From Acidobacteriota bacterium (GTDB lineage Bacteria > Acidobacteriota > UBA6911 > RPQK01 > JADFOI01): a stretch of 64,000 bases of DNA. The DNA lies in NCBI GenBank assembly GCA_036338435.1, contig JAYZCG010000040.1, forward strand, positions 13,784 to 77,783, written 5' to 3'. Made by a program: the position numbers and the translations under genes. Below, piece by piece: positions 12,176-22,519 of the stretch (position 1 is its first letter; every line of letters begins with the position of its first letter). The notes below the pieces were generated by a model. That model saw nothing but the letters and a program-made list of their open reading frames with translations, was not told the origin of the DNA and did no database searches.

Positions 12176-13166
12176 TAATCCTGTTCTGGTGAGTTTAGTA
12201 ACGTACAACGATGAGTTATTTTTAGCTCGTTGTCTGGAATCTGTCCAAAAACAAACTGTTCCTGTACAGGTGAAAATTTTTGATAACGCCTCAAGAGATG
12301 AAACTTTGAGGGTTGCCCGCCAGTTTAAAGTTGACTTACATGAATCTTCAACCAATAAGGGCTACAGTTATGGCCACAACTGGAATCTTCTGGGTGCGAA
12401 TTTTAAAACAGCACTTTTGCTCAATGCTGATGTTACATTGGAGCCTGATTGGTTAGAAATTTTAGTCACAACCCTCAATGAAGTTAAGGGAGCTGGCATG
12501 GTGGGGGGTAAGCTTTATCGAATGGATAAGGATGGTCAGCAGGTATTTCGACATAATTGTCCTATACTCGATAGCAGCGGCATTTTTTTTACCCCCTCAC
12601 AGAGACATTTCGATCGAGGCAGTGAAGAGGAGGATCGTGGGCAGTATGACGACCGTAATCTGGTTTTCGGAATTACCGGAGCTGCTCTTCTGTGTAGCAA
12701 AGAAATGCTAGAAGATGTCCGTTTGGGAGAGGAGTATCTCGATGAAGATTTTTTTGCCTATCGTGAAGATGCAGATCTTGCCTGGAGGGCCCAACTAAAG
12801 GGTTGGAAGGCAGTTTATGAACCTGAGGCCTGTGCCTTCCATCACCGCCATGTTTTGCCATCACGACGGCATCAGCTTTCTGCACTGATTAATTATCACT
12901 CTCTCAAAAACCGTTATCTCATGCGGATGAAAAATCTTGATTCAATGGTTAGATGGCGTTGTTTTCCGTACATGTGGATTAGAGATATCGGGATCATGGT
13001 CTATGTTATCTGCTTCGAATGGAGATCGTTGCTTGCCTATCGCGAGGTATGGAGACTTCGACATAAGTTTAGAGAAAAAAAGAAACAGGTACAAAGTACC
13101 CGCCGTGTCGATCCTAAAGACTTAGCCCACTGGTTTTCATTTACCCCCGTGGGGTTAGATATTTGA
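12153..13166 (+). CDS. Glycosyltransferase family 2
   Basis: VSLVTYND...FDNASRD GT2 N-terminus and 337 aa overall. It overlaps the upstream GT2 by 23 nt. Confidence 0.7.
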   Translation: MLMTDPYNNPVLVSLVTYNDELFLARCLESVQKQTVPVQVKIFDNASRDETLRVARQFKVDLHESSTNKGYSYGHNWNLLGANFKTALLLNADVTLEPDWLEILVTTLNEVKGAGMVGGKLYRMDKDGQQVFRHNCPILDSSGIFFTPSQRHFDRGSEEEDRGQYDDRNLVFGITGAALLCSKEMLEDVRLGEEYLDEDFFAYREDADLAWRAQLKGWKAVYEPEACAFHHRHVLPSRRHQLSALINYHSLKNRYLMRMKNLDSMVRWRCFPYMWIRDIGIMVYVICFEWRSLLAYREVWRLRHKFREKKKQVQSTRRVDPKDLAHWFSFTPVGLDI

Positions 13167-13266
13167 TATGTTGTCTTGCGCTGGTTTAGACTTGCGGTAA
13201 ATTGGTGCGGGGATTAAGTTGCCGTTAAGATCATTACTTTGTTCGACAAGTTTGTAGGGTAAATTT

Positions 13267-13578
13267 ATGGGAGAACTAACCAAGATTGCCACGGTTGACC
13301 AAGTATCACTTGGTGCTGCCATTTGTGTGGAAGTGAAAGGTAAGCAAATAGCTTTGTTCAACGTCGATGGGAGCTATTATGCGACTGACAATAATTGTAG
13401 TCACAGAGGTGGTCCTTTGTCGGAGGGGGTGTGCGAGGGTACGGTCGTCACTTGTCCGTGGCACGGCATTCAGTTTAATCTTGAGACGGGCGAACCGCTA
13501 GGTTCTCTTGCAGTTCATGGGATCACAGCCTATTCTGTTACCGTGGAAGGCGATGATCTCAAGATCAAGATTTCCTAA
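13267..13578 (+). CDS. Rieske [2Fe-2S] domain protein (NirD-like small ferredoxin)
   Basis: CSHRGG...CPWHG is the Rieske CxH...CxxH pair. 103 aa. Confidence 0.75.
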   Translation: MGELTKIATVDQVSLGAAICVEVKGKQIALFNVDGSYYATDNNCSHRGGPLSEGVCEGTVVTCPWHGIQFNLETGEPLGSLAVHGITAYSVTVEGDDLKIKIS

Positions 13579-13628
13579 AAAAGGTCGATGCAGTGAAAGG
13601 TTATTAATAAACAAAGGAGAAATGAAGG

Positions 13629-14378
13629 ATGTACGATCCCTTAATGGTCCAACCGATGAGAGATGAACTGACGTCTGTTGGGTTTAGAGAACTTAAAACA
13701 CAGGACGATGTTGATAGTCTTTTTGAAAAGAAAGAAGGAACAAGTCTGGTATTTATCAATTCGGTATGTGGGTGTGCCGCAGGTGTGGCCAGACCTTCAT
13801 TGGTGAGTTCTCTAGAAAACCCAACTCTTCCCCAGAATTTAACTACAGCTTTCGCAGGTAACGACGTGGATGCTACGGAGCGGGCCAGGGAGTATTTTGT
13901 CGGATATGCTCCGTCCTCCCCCAGCGTCGCATTATTTAGAGATGGTAACTTGGTACATATGCTGGAAAGACATCAAATTGAAGGCCAATCGGTAGAGTCT
14001 TTAACCAAAGTGCTTACTAGTATGTACGATAGGTACTGTGGGGACGAAGTAGATCAGTCTGTCAACATCTTTGATCCTTTGGCTGAACTTGAAGTGACGG
14101 TTGAAGAAGCTCGCGAAAAAATTACTGCTGATCCAGATCTAGCAATCCTGGATGTCCGTGAAGCTTTCGAGATCCAAAAGGGGTCAATTGAAGGATCTAG
14201 GAGAGTTGATCAAGAATTAGGGAATGAGATTATTAGCAGCTGGCCGCGGGAACGCCAGATGATCGTCTATTGCGAACATGGTGAGCGGAGCTTGAAGGCG
14301 ACGCAGTTTTTAAAACAGCACGGGTTTGAAAATATTCGCTCTCTCAAGGGAGGGTACGTAGCTTGGCTATCTTCTTAA
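13629..14378 (+). CDS. Bacilliredoxin (BrxA/YphP, DUF1094)-rhodanese fusion protein
   Basis: The N-terminal ~140 aa look like YphP/BrxA, including the INSVCGCAAG CGC motif. The C-terminal ~100 aa are a single rhodanese domain with a GlpE-like loop (VYCEHGERS). Confidence 0.6.
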   Translation: MYDPLMVQPMRDELTSVGFRELKTQDDVDSLFEKKEGTSLVFINSVCGCAAGVARPSLVSSLENPTLPQNLTTAFAGNDVDATERAREYFVGYAPSSPSVALFRDGNLVHMLERHQIEGQSVESLTKVLTSMYDRYCGDEVDQSVNIFDPLAELEVTVEEAREKITADPDLAILDVREAFEIQKGSIEGSRRVDQELGNEIISSWPRERQMIVYCEHGERSLKATQFLKQHGFENIRSLKGGYVAWLSS

Positions 14379-14520
14379 GGAATCGGTAGTCATTAAGTGT
14401 AGTGGATGGTAAAGGTTACTGAGTCGTTTGTTTAACAATTAGTTAACTTCTAATTTCTGTCATCCATGCCCTGCACACTAGGCTCTAGATTCTAAAACCT
14501 TCCTGTTGTAAGGTCTTTAC

Positions 14521-15549
14521 ATGATCAAAACCATTAAATGGACGGATGAGGGCGTGGTCATGATTGACCAGAGATTGCTCCCAACCGAGGAGATTTACAA
14601 CACCTACCGAACAGTCGATGAAGTAGCTGAGGCAATTGTGACCATGGTAATCCGTGGGGCTCCCGCCATTGGCGTCGCGGCGGCTATGGGAATTGCTTTG
14701 GGGGTTAAAAATCTTGATTCTAGCAATGATTTGGAGAAACGATTTGCTGCTATCGTTAAGACCATTCATGACACTCGTCCCACAGCACGCAATCTCTTTT
14801 GGGCAATCGAGCGCATGGAACACGTTTTTGAGCACCACAAAAAAGAATCATTGGAAAAAATTCAGGATGCTTTGAGAAACGAAGCCATACAGATCCATGA
14901 TGATGATATTGAGATTAATCAGCAAATGGGACGAAATGGACAAGAGCTTCTCTCATCAGGCATGAATGTACTTACTCATTGCAACGCTGGTGCTCTTGCA
15001 ACGGCTGGCTATGGGACCGCGCTGGGAGTTATCAGAGCGGCGGTTGAACATGGAAAGGAGATCCAAGTTTTCGCCGATGAAACACGTCCGTTTTTACAAG
15101 GTTCTAGACTAACTACTTGGGAGATGATGAAGGAAAATATTCCATGTACACTGATAACCGATAACATGGCTGGATATTTTATGCGTGCAAGTCAGATCCA
15201 AGCTGTTGTGGTGGGCGCAGATCGTATTGCGGGCAATGGAGATGTAGCAAACAAGATTGGAACTTACTCTGTTGCTGTTCTAGCTAAAGAACATCATATT
15301 CCTTTCTATGTGGTGGCTCCACTATCCACCATTGATATGGGCACTCTTACTGGTGAAGAAATTCCCATCGAACAACGTGACATTACGGAAGTAACCCATA
15401 TTAAGGGGCAAACGGTTGTACCTCCTGATATTGCCGTAGCTAACCCTGCCTTTGATATCACTCCTAATGAACTTGTTTCCGCAATTGTTACGGAAAGAGG
15501 GATTGCCAAGAGCCCTTATAAGGAATCAATTGCTGCTCTCATAAGGTAA
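14521..15549 (+). CDS. mtnA: S-methyl-5-thioribose-1-phosphate isomerase
   Basis: eIF-2B alpha/beta/delta family member. N-terminal [17 protein letters not shown] and [11 protein letters not shown] motifs are present. 342 aa. Confidence 0.8.
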   Translation: MIKTIKWTDEGVVMIDQRLLPTEEIYNTYRTVDEVAEAIVTMVIRGAPAIGVAAAMGIALGVKNLDSSNDLEKRFAAIVKTIHDTRPTARNLFWAIERMEHVFEHHKKESLEKIQDALRNEAIQIHDDDIEINQQMGRNGQELLSSGMNVLTHCNAGALATAGYGTALGVIRAAVEHGKEIQVFADETRPFLQGSRLTTWEMMKENIPCTLITDNMAGYFMRASQIQAVVVGADRIAGNGDVANKIGTYSVAVLAKEHHIPFYVVAPLSTIDMGTLTGEEIPIEQRDITEVTHIKGQTVVPPDIAVANPAFDITPNELVSAIVTERGIAKSPYKESIAALIR

Positions 15550-16571
15550 TGATCGTCTTTGGCATTGAGTCCAGTTGCGATGATACGGCTGCGGCAATTA
15601 TTAAAGATGGGCAAACTGTTCTTTCCAGTATAGTTTCCTCACAGATTTCTGTTCACAAAGACTTCGGAGGCATTGTTCCGGAACTAGCTAGTCGGGAACA
15701 TGTGGACAATATCTGTTTTGTGGTGGAACGATGTCTTCTAAAAGCTAATTTGGAGTGGGATCAGATTGATGCTATTGCAGTGACTAGAGGTCCAGGTTTG
15801 ATGGGAGCTCTTCTAGTAGGAATGGCCTATGCTAAAGGACTAGCTTATGCATTAGATATACCCTTGGTTGGGGTCAATCATCTAGAGGGGCATATCGCAT
15901 CGATTCTTTTAGATTCTCCTCGTGCTAAGTTTCCTGCACTTTCGTTAGTGGTCTCGGGAGGACATACGAGTCTTTTTTATCTCCAGAAGATTGGAGTTTG
16001 CGAGGAGATTTCAAAGACTGGTGATGATGCTGCAGGAGAGGCTCTTGACAAACTGTCTAAGCATTTGGGTTTAGGTTATCCTGGGGGGCCTATCATTGAT
16101 AGGCTTGCCCCAAAGGGAAATCCCCACGCGATTGCTTTCACCATCCCCAAGACCAGCCGCAATGCTTTAGATTTCAGCTTCAGTGGTATCAAGACGGCAG
16201 CTCTTCGCTATATACAGCAGAATAATCTGGGGCCTCTTGGAGGTCTAGAGGAAATACCTCAGTCCATACTGGACCTTGTGGCTAGCTATCAGAGTGCCAT
16301 TGTTGATCAGTTATTGGATCGTCTCGGGAAGGCCCTTAAGACTTATGATGTGCGGTCAATTCAAATTTCTGGAGGCGTCTCCTGTAATAGTGAGTTACGC
16401 CGGCGTAGCAAGGAGGTTTTTGCCAGCCACGGACTAGACGTATACTATCCACAACCTCAGTTTACTACCGATAATGCTGCTATGATTGCCGTAGCTGCAA
16501 CTGCACAGCTTGCGGTGCGGGGAGCAGATTCCATTGATTTGACAGCTGATCCGAATCTAAGACTCGGTTAA
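15549..16571 (+). CDS. tsaD: tRNA N6-adenosine threonylcarbamoyltransferase
   Basis: GIESSCDDTAAAI N-terminus places it in the Kae1/YgjD family. Its start overlaps the mtnA stop (TAATG). Confidence 0.85.
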   Translation: MIVFGIESSCDDTAAAIIKDGQTVLSSIVSSQISVHKDFGGIVPELASREHVDNICFVVERCLLKANLEWDQIDAIAVTRGPGLMGALLVGMAYAKGLAYALDIPLVGVNHLEGHIASILLDSPRAKFPALSLVVSGGHTSLFYLQKIGVCEEISKTGDDAAGEALDKLSKHLGLGYPGGPIIDRLAPKGNPHAIAFTIPKTSRNALDFSFSGIKTAALRYIQQNNLGPLGGLEEIPQSILDLVASYQSAIVDQLLDRLGKALKTYDVRSIQISGGVSCNSELRRRSKEVFASHGLDVYYPQPQFTTDNAAMIAVAATAQLAVRGADSIDLTADPNLRLG

Positions 16572-16690
16572 ATTTCAATACCCTATTAGCTACTCGAATA
16601 AGAGGAACTACTGGAAAATTACAGCCGATCAGAACTCTCTATCCCGTCACTTATCTTCTACCTTCCTATTTTTCTGATAAAATTCTTAAA

Positions 16691-18490
16691 ATGAGTGACT
16701 TTCGAAAGCTCTTGCCGTATATCCGTCCGAATCTACATTTGCTAATAGTAGCGTTGGTACTTCTGGTAGCCAGCGGGGCATTAGAGACCGCCTTGATCAT
16801 GCTTTTGGCCCCTATTTTCAATCAGTTGTCCACGGCGGCTGGGATCGAAACTAGTGGTACGGACAAATTTTCTTTTCTTCAAGAGTTCTTGGGGCTGAGT
16901 TCGGGAAATATAGTTCACATAGCTATTCTTCTGGTGGCATTCTCCTTTTTAAAGGGGGTGTTTATATATTTTGCTGAGTATTCCATGAGCTACAGTGGTC
17001 AACATGTGGTGGCCTCACTCCGAACTCGTCTCTATGGACATCTGTTAGATCAGTCATTGACATTTTACGGACAAAATACTACCGGACAATTAATGGCACG
17101 GGTGGTGACTGATACTGAGCGAATTCAGGAAACGGTTAGCAAAACACTTACTGATTTTATACGACAGGTTTTGTTGATGTGTTTTTTCCTGGGGCTTGTT
17201 TTTTATACTGATTGGAGACTAGCCCTATTGTCTTTTTTAATTGCTCCAGTAGTAATTACAATCACTATACGGTTGGGACGGAGAATGCGTCGGGTAAGTC
17301 AGCGTAGTCAGGAGAACTTGGCTGAGATATCTCAGCTTCTTCAGGAGACGATTGTTGGCCACCGTATCGTCCAAGCCTTCGGAATGAAAAATTATGAGAC
17401 AGGACGGTTTAACAAATCTGTTGGGAGCCTAGTACAGGCCAATTTGAAGGCGACCCGCATAAGTGCCCTTAGTTCGCCTCTAGTAGAGTTTGTTGGATAT
17501 GTATCCTTTGTCCCTTTTCTTCTTTATGCCAATCATCAAATTAATCGGGGATTTACGATCGGGGCCTTTGTGGTTTTTGTGGCTGCTCTTTTTCGCCTAT
17601 ATGAGCCCATTAGAAAACTATCTCGTATGCACCTAATTTTCCAGCAGGCTTTTGCTTCTTCCACACGCATATTTAATCTTCTAGATACCCATATTGAGAT
17701 ACAAGATAACCCTGGGGCTTTGGAGTTAGCTCCAATCAGAAAAGAGATCGTTTTTGAAGATGTCTCTTTCCATTATAAAGGGGTAGAGTCGCAGTTCGTC
17801 CTCCAGAACATTGATTTTACTATCCAGAAGGGGGAAATTATAGCTCTGGTAGGGAGCAGCGGTGCTGGGAAAAGCAGTCTCGCGAGTCTGATTCCTCGCT
17901 TTTTCGATGTTATCGCCGGGCGTATTACCATTGATGATCAGGATATTCGTGAGGTCTTGCTGGAGTCACTACGCCGTCAGATTGCAATCGTAACCCAAGA
18001 GACTTTTCTCTTTAATGACACGTTGCGGAACAATATCGCTTACGGACGAAAAGACTGCACGATGGACAATATTGAAGCCGCTGCCCGCGCCGCTTTTATT
18101 CATGATTTCATCACTGAGTTGCCGCAAGGTTATGACACCCTTATTGGTGAACGGGGACAACTTGTTTCCGGAGGACAGCGTCAACGAATTGCTATCGCCA
18201 GAGCTGTTTTAAAAGAAGCACCAATACTGATTCTGGATGAGGCCACATCGGCTCTTGATAGTGAATCAGAACGCTTAGTTCAAGAGGCACTCTACAACCT
18301 GATGCAACATTGTACGACTCTGGTCATTGCGCATCGCCTTTCAACGATTAGACTAGCTGATCGGATTGTTGTTTTAGAGGCCGGCCGGATTGTTGAAACT
18401 GGGAACCACGAAAGCTTACTGGAACGTTCAGGGGTATATAGAACGTTGTATGATCTTCAATTTGCCGATGTGGGGAGTACCCCTTCATGA
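16691..18490 (+). CDS. msbA: ABC transporter permease/ATPase, MsbA-like lipid A exporter
   Basis: 599 aa: six TM segments followed by an NBD with Walker A (GSSGAGKSS), signature (LSGGQRQR) and Walker B (ILILDEATS). Confidence 0.75.
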   Translation: MSDFRKLLPYIRPNLHLLIVALVLLVASGALETALIMLLAPIFNQLSTAAGIETSGTDKFSFLQEFLGLSSGNIVHIAILLVAFSFLKGVFIYFAEYSMSYSGQHVVASLRTRLYGHLLDQSLTFYGQNTTGQLMARVVTDTERIQETVSKTLTDFIRQVLLMCFFLGLVFYTDWRLALLSFLIAPVVITITIRLGRRMRRVSQRSQENLAEISQLLQETIVGHRIVQAFGMKNYETGRFNKSVGSLVQANLKATRISALSSPLVEFVGYVSFVPFLLYANHQINRGFTIGAFVVFVAALFRLYEPIRKLSRMHLIFQQAFASSTRIFNLLDTHIEIQDNPGALELAPIRKEIVFEDVSFHYKGVESQFVLQNIDFTIQKGEIIALVGSSGAGKSSLASLIPRFFDVIAGRITIDDQDIREVLLESLRRQIAIVTQETFLFNDTLRNNIAYGRKDCTMDNIEAAARAAFIHDFITELPQGYDTLIGERGQLVSGGQRQRIAIARAVLKEAPILILDEATSALDSESERLVQEALYNLMQHCTTLVIAHRLSTIRLADRIVVLEAGRIVETGNHESLLERSGVYRTLYDLQFADVGSTPS

Positions 18491-18524
18491 ACGGATAAGG
18501 TAAAAGGCCGAGGGAGTTTGTGAT

Positions 18525-19397
18525 ATGCGTAGTATGACAGGATTTGGACAGGCGAGCGCAGGCACTGAGAAAGTCAATGTAACCGTTGAAATGCGGACGG
18601 TTAACAGTCGATATCTAGATCTTAATTTGCGCCTACCCAAGGAACTATCATTTTTGGAACTAGAATTGAGGAAAAAAGTCCAGACTAGTCTGAGACGGGG
18701 GAGGGTTGATATTTATGTAGAGCTGATTGTTAAGTCGGGATCGCAGAGTGACTTGAATGAGGCTGTAGCCGAAAATTATCTTGCAACAGCGGAAAAGATT
18801 AAAATTCTGGGAGTAAAAGGGACATTGGATGTGTCGACTCTCTTACAGTTTCCTGGTGTGATCGTATCCCATCCGGTTGATCTTACAGCCGGAGGACTTT
18901 TAGAAACTATTCACGAAACTTTCACAATAGCCTTGGAGAAATTGGTAAGTACTCGATCGAGTGAGGGAACTGAGCTTAAAAAAGGCTTTCTGAATTATAT
19001 TGAGACGCTTAACCAATTAACCGGGGCTATTGATCAGCATGCCAAGGAGGTTCACACTTATCATCGCCGGAAACTCACTAAAAATTTTGATCAGTTCAAG
19101 GAAGAAGCAGTAGTTAATGAGGCTCGATTAGCACAGGAGATCATTCACTATGCTGATAAGTCAGATATTACCGAGGAAATCACGCGGCTACGTAGTCACA
19201 TTTCCCATTTTGTACAAGAGTTGAAAGAAGCAGAATCTGAAGCCGTTGGACGACGCCTTGATTTCATTGCGCAAGAGATGGGTCGTGAGATGAATACGAT
19301 TCTTTCTAAGTCGCCTTTTGCAGAACTTTCTAAGTTGGCGCTAGAAGGGAAAACTGAAATAGAAAAAATTCGGGAGCAGATGCAGAATGTCGAATAG
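18525..19397 (+). CDS. yicC: YicC family stress-induced protein
   Basis: MRSMTGFG N-terminus and C-terminal DUF1732-like region. 290 aa. Confidence 0.8.
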   Translation: MRSMTGFGQASAGTEKVNVTVEMRTVNSRYLDLNLRLPKELSFLELELRKKVQTSLRRGRVDIYVELIVKSGSQSDLNEAVAENYLATAEKIKILGVKGTLDVSTLLQFPGVIVSHPVDLTAGGLLETIHETFTIALEKLVSTRSSEGTELKKGFLNYIETLNQLTGAIDQHAKEVHTYHRRKLTKNFDQFKEEAVVNEARLAQEIIHYADKSDITEEITRLRSHISHFVQELKEAESEAVGRRLDFIAQEMGREMNTILSKSPFAELSKLALEGKTEIEKIREQMQNVE

Positions 19398-20013
19398 AGG
19401 GGGTCTTTATGTAATTAGTGGGCCGTCTGGGTCGGGCAAATCAAGTCTGGCTAATCGAGCCTTGGCCGAGATTCCAAATCTTAAATTTTCAGTAAGTCAC
19501 ACTACCAGAAAACCTCGGCTGGGAGAGCAAGATTCGGTAGAATACTTTTTTGTTTCTGAGAAGGAATTCAAAGAGATGGTTCAAGTAGGTGATTTTATGG
19601 AACATGCCTGTGTCTTTGGTCATCATTATGGAACTAGTAAGGCCCACGTAGAGACCTTGCGTTGCGCGGGGCACGATGTTTTGTTAGATATCGATGTGCA
19701 GGGTGCACGCCAGATCCATGAGGCTTATACGGAAGCTATTCTGATTTTTGTATTACCGCCTTCTCTTGAAGTACTAACCTGCCGTCTCAAGGAGCGTAAT
19801 CTGGATGATATGAGTGTCATTGTAAACAGGCTTAGGATTGCAAAAAAGGAAATTAACTCTTATAGAAAGTACCAATACGTTATTATTAATGAAGACTATG
19901 AAAAAGCAGTTGGAGAATTAAGCGCTATTATTAGAGATGCTGGTTCTGATTTCCGTCTCGATAACCGCAAGGAACGAGCGGAAGAAATTATCAAAACCTT
20001 TGGAGGAAGTTAG
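19387..20013 (+). CDS. gmk: Guanylate kinase
   Basis: GPSGSGKSS P-loop and guanylate kinase core. It overlaps the yicC end. Confidence 0.85.
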   Translation: MSNRGGLYVISGPSGSGKSSLANRALAEIPNLKFSVSHTTRKPRLGEQDSVEYFFVSEKEFKEMVQVGDFMEHACVFGHHYGTSKAHVETLRCAGHDVLLDIDVQGARQIHEAYTEAILIFVLPPSLEVLTCRLKERNLDDMSVIVNRLRIAKKEINSYRKYQYVIINEDYEKAVGELSAIIRDAGSDFRLDNRKERAEEIIKTFGGS

Positions 20014-20244
20014 ATGATCTTCACGATACCGAACGAATTCGATAGTAAGTTCAGATTTATTTTAGTGGCTGCGGAGCGATCTAAGCATCTTCAAAATGGG
20101 GCTCCTCCTAAACTTGATCTCGAGTCACACAAACCGTCGTATGTGGCGATTCGTGAAGTTGAAGAGCAATTAGTACCCTATGACATTCTAGAAGAGGAAA
20201 CAGTGGAAGACGCAGAAAAAGAAGACGAGACAGACGACGAATGA
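20014..20244 (+). CDS. rpoZ: DNA-directed RNA polymerase subunit omega
   Basis: 76 aa. SKFRFILVAAERSKHLQ matches the omega-subunit motif, and the protein has an acidic tail. Confidence 0.7.
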   Translation: MIFTIPNEFDSKFRFILVAAERSKHLQNGAPPKLDLESHKPSYVAIREVEEQLVPYDILEEETVEDAEKEDETDDE

Positions 20245-21440
20245 ATGTTATCCTGGGCGTGACAGGTTGTATTGGAGCTTATAAATCGGCAGTTATCCTG
20301 AGGCTCTTACAGAAGGAAGGGTTTGATACCTTCCCCGTGATGACCCGATCTGCCCAGCAATTTATCACCCCTCTTACTTTAGAAAAGCTCTCTGGCCATC
20401 CGGTAGTCTCTGATTTGTTTGGTGAACATACCGTCCAAATTCAGCACATCACATTAGCTCGAAAGAGCGATCTTTTGCTGGTCGCTCCTGCTACAGCTAA
20501 TATTTTGGGAAAGTTTGCCCGGGGCATCGCCGATGATTTTCTTAGCACATTATACCTTTCAACCACTACACCGGTTGTGGTGGCACCGGCTATGAATGTT
20601 GAAATGTGGCATCATCGGGCAACACAGGACAATGTCAGTATTCTCAAGGAGCGAGGAGTGATCTTTGTGGATCCTGAATCCGGCTATTTAGCCTGCGGAG
20701 AAGTAGGTGAAGGGCGCCTAGCTGAACCTGAACTCGTATTGGAAGCGGTACTTAATACTTTGTGCCATAAAAAGTCATTACGAAGAAAAAAGGTTTTAGT
20801 GACGGCGGGACCAACGGTCGAAGATCTTGATCCGGTACGGTTTCTGTCCAATCGTTCTTCAGGTAAAATGGGTTACGCTATTGCTCGGGAAGCACAACGG
20901 CGTGGTGCTGAAATCGTATTGGTTTCTGGGCCTACTCACTTAGAATCTCCTGAGGGGGTCAATCGGATTTTGGTTCGTTCGGCAGTGGATATGTCTAAGG
21001 AGGTCCTCCGCTATTTTGGAGACTCTGATATTGTGGTAATGGCAGCTGCTGTGTCAGATTTTGTTCCGTCTGTGCTCGCCTCCGAAAAGATCAAAAAAGG
21101 ACGGATGGATCTGGTTCTCCCACTCGACAGAACTCCCGACATTTTAGCAAATTTAAAAGAGCATAAGACCAGGCAGTTTATGGTAGGGTTTGCTGCTGAG
21201 TCCGATCATATTCTTGAGAATGCTCATCGCAAACTGCGTGAGAAAAACTTAGATCTCATCGTGGCGAATGATATCTCCCATGATGACAGGGGATTTTCTT
21301 CTGACTTCAATGAGGCTATTCTCTTGGATGCAAGTGGACACGAGGAAGTTCTCCCTAAACTGGCCAAGTCAGAATTGGCCAAGATCCTGTGGGATCGGAT
21401 TGAGTATTCGAGTAACGTACTTAGTATGTCGACCGATTGA
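20241..21440 (+). CDS. coaBC: Bifunctional phosphopantothenoylcysteine decarboxylase / phosphopantothenate-cysteine ligase
   Basis: 399 aa: an N-terminal flavoprotein domain plus a C-terminal DFP/CoaB domain. ATGA overlap with rpoZ. Confidence 0.85.
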   Translation: MNVILGVTGCIGAYKSAVILRLLQKEGFDTFPVMTRSAQQFITPLTLEKLSGHPVVSDLFGEHTVQIQHITLARKSDLLLVAPATANILGKFARGIADDFLSTLYLSTTTPVVVAPAMNVEMWHHRATQDNVSILKERGVIFVDPESGYLACGEVGEGRLAEPELVLEAVLNTLCHKKSLRRKKVLVTAGPTVEDLDPVRFLSNRSSGKMGYAIAREAQRRGAEIVLVSGPTHLESPEGVNRILVRSAVDMSKEVLRYFGDSDIVVMAAAVSDFVPSVLASEKIKKGRMDLVLPLDRTPDILANLKEHKTRQFMVGFAAESDHILENAHRKLREKNLDLIVANDISHDDRGFSSDFNEAILLDASGHEEVLPKLAKSELAKILWDRIEYSSNVLSMSTD

Positions 21441-21483
21441 GTAATAGAATGAATGCCAGCCAGTTGGTGACTGTCCTTACTGT

Positions 21484-22425
21484 GTGTCAGTTATTAGTTC
21501 TCATATTTTTCTCATGACCAAGTGCGGTTTAGTTGCTCTGATTGGGCGGCCTAACGTAGGCAAATCCACTATCCTCAACCGGTTGATTGGGGAAAAGATC
21601 GCTATTGTTAGCAATAAACCTCAAACCACACGTCATCGTATTCTTGGAGTTCAGACTCGCGATGATAGCCAGGCCATATTCGTAGATACTCCAGGTATTC
21701 ACCGTCCTGGATATCGTCTAAACGAACGGATGATGGAAGAAGTCTATGAGTGCATAGAGGGTGTTGATCTCATCGTGCAAGTGGTGGACAGTTCCGAGAA
21801 TTATGGAAAGGGTGAGGAGTATGTTCTTAACTTAATTCAAAAGACCCAAAAGCCTACTATTCTGGTGCTTAATAAGGTAGATCTAATTACCCGATCCAAG
21901 GTCTTGCCTGTCATTGAGTTTTATAGCCAGCAATTTATATTTCGTGAAATGATTCCCCTTTCAGCTGTTAAAGGGGATAATTTTAAAGTACTCGAGCAGA
22001 AAATCTCAGAAAACCTTCCTCAAGGCAAGTGGCAGTATCCGTCTGATTATCTGACGAATCAGACGGAACGTTCTATTGTTTCAGAAATTATTAGAGAAAA
22101 GGTTTTACGTCATACGGGTAAAGAACTTCCTTATGCTACGGCAATTCAGGTAGAGGTCTTTGATGAAGAGAGACGAAAAGAAGGCTTTATACGAATTTTG
22201 GCCACGATTATTGTTGACAAAAATAGTCAGAAGAAAATTGTCATTGGTCGAGCCGGTCACATGGTCAAGACGATCGGAATTGAAGCACGGCTTGATATTC
22301 AGGGATTTCTTCAAGTTAAGAAGGTTTACCTAGATCTTAATGTTAAGGCGATCGCTGGATGGAGAAACCACGAACAGCTACTGAATGATTTGGGTGTCAG
22401 GTCAACGGACTATATTGGCCCTTAA
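21484..22425 (+). CDS. era: GTPase Era
   Basis: G1 GRPNVGKST and G2-G4 motifs plus a C-terminal KH domain. The true start is probably the ATG at 21514 (MTKCG...). Confidence 0.85.
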   Translation: MSVISSHIFLMTKCGLVALIGRPNVGKSTILNRLIGEKIAIVSNKPQTTRHRILGVQTRDDSQAIFVDTPGIHRPGYRLNERMMEEVYECIEGVDLIVQVVDSSENYGKGEEYVLNLIQKTQKPTILVLNKVDLITRSKVLPVIEFYSQQFIFREMIPLSAVKGDNFKVLEQKISENLPQGKWQYPSDYLTNQTERSIVSEIIREKVLRHTGKELPYATAIQVEVFDEERRKEGFIRILATIIVDKNSQKKIVIGRAGHMVKTIGIEARLDIQGFLQVKKVYLDLNVKAIAGWRNHEQLLNDLGVRSTDYIGP

Positions 22426-22519
22426 CGGCGACACTGGGATACTGAGCGGTAATCCAGTGAAAGCCTGCCATGGATTGGGCAATCGGCTACTAACAAGTTC
22501 GGTGGTTGGGGGTTTTCCA

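Noticed and set aside
14379-14520. Possible SAM riboswitch or T-box upstream of mtnA, and a near-palindrome GTTTAACAATTAGTTAAC
   Set aside because: No SAM-I or T-box conserved elements are recognisable. The near-palindrome has 3 mismatches out of 15 and is AT-rich, so it could arise by chance.
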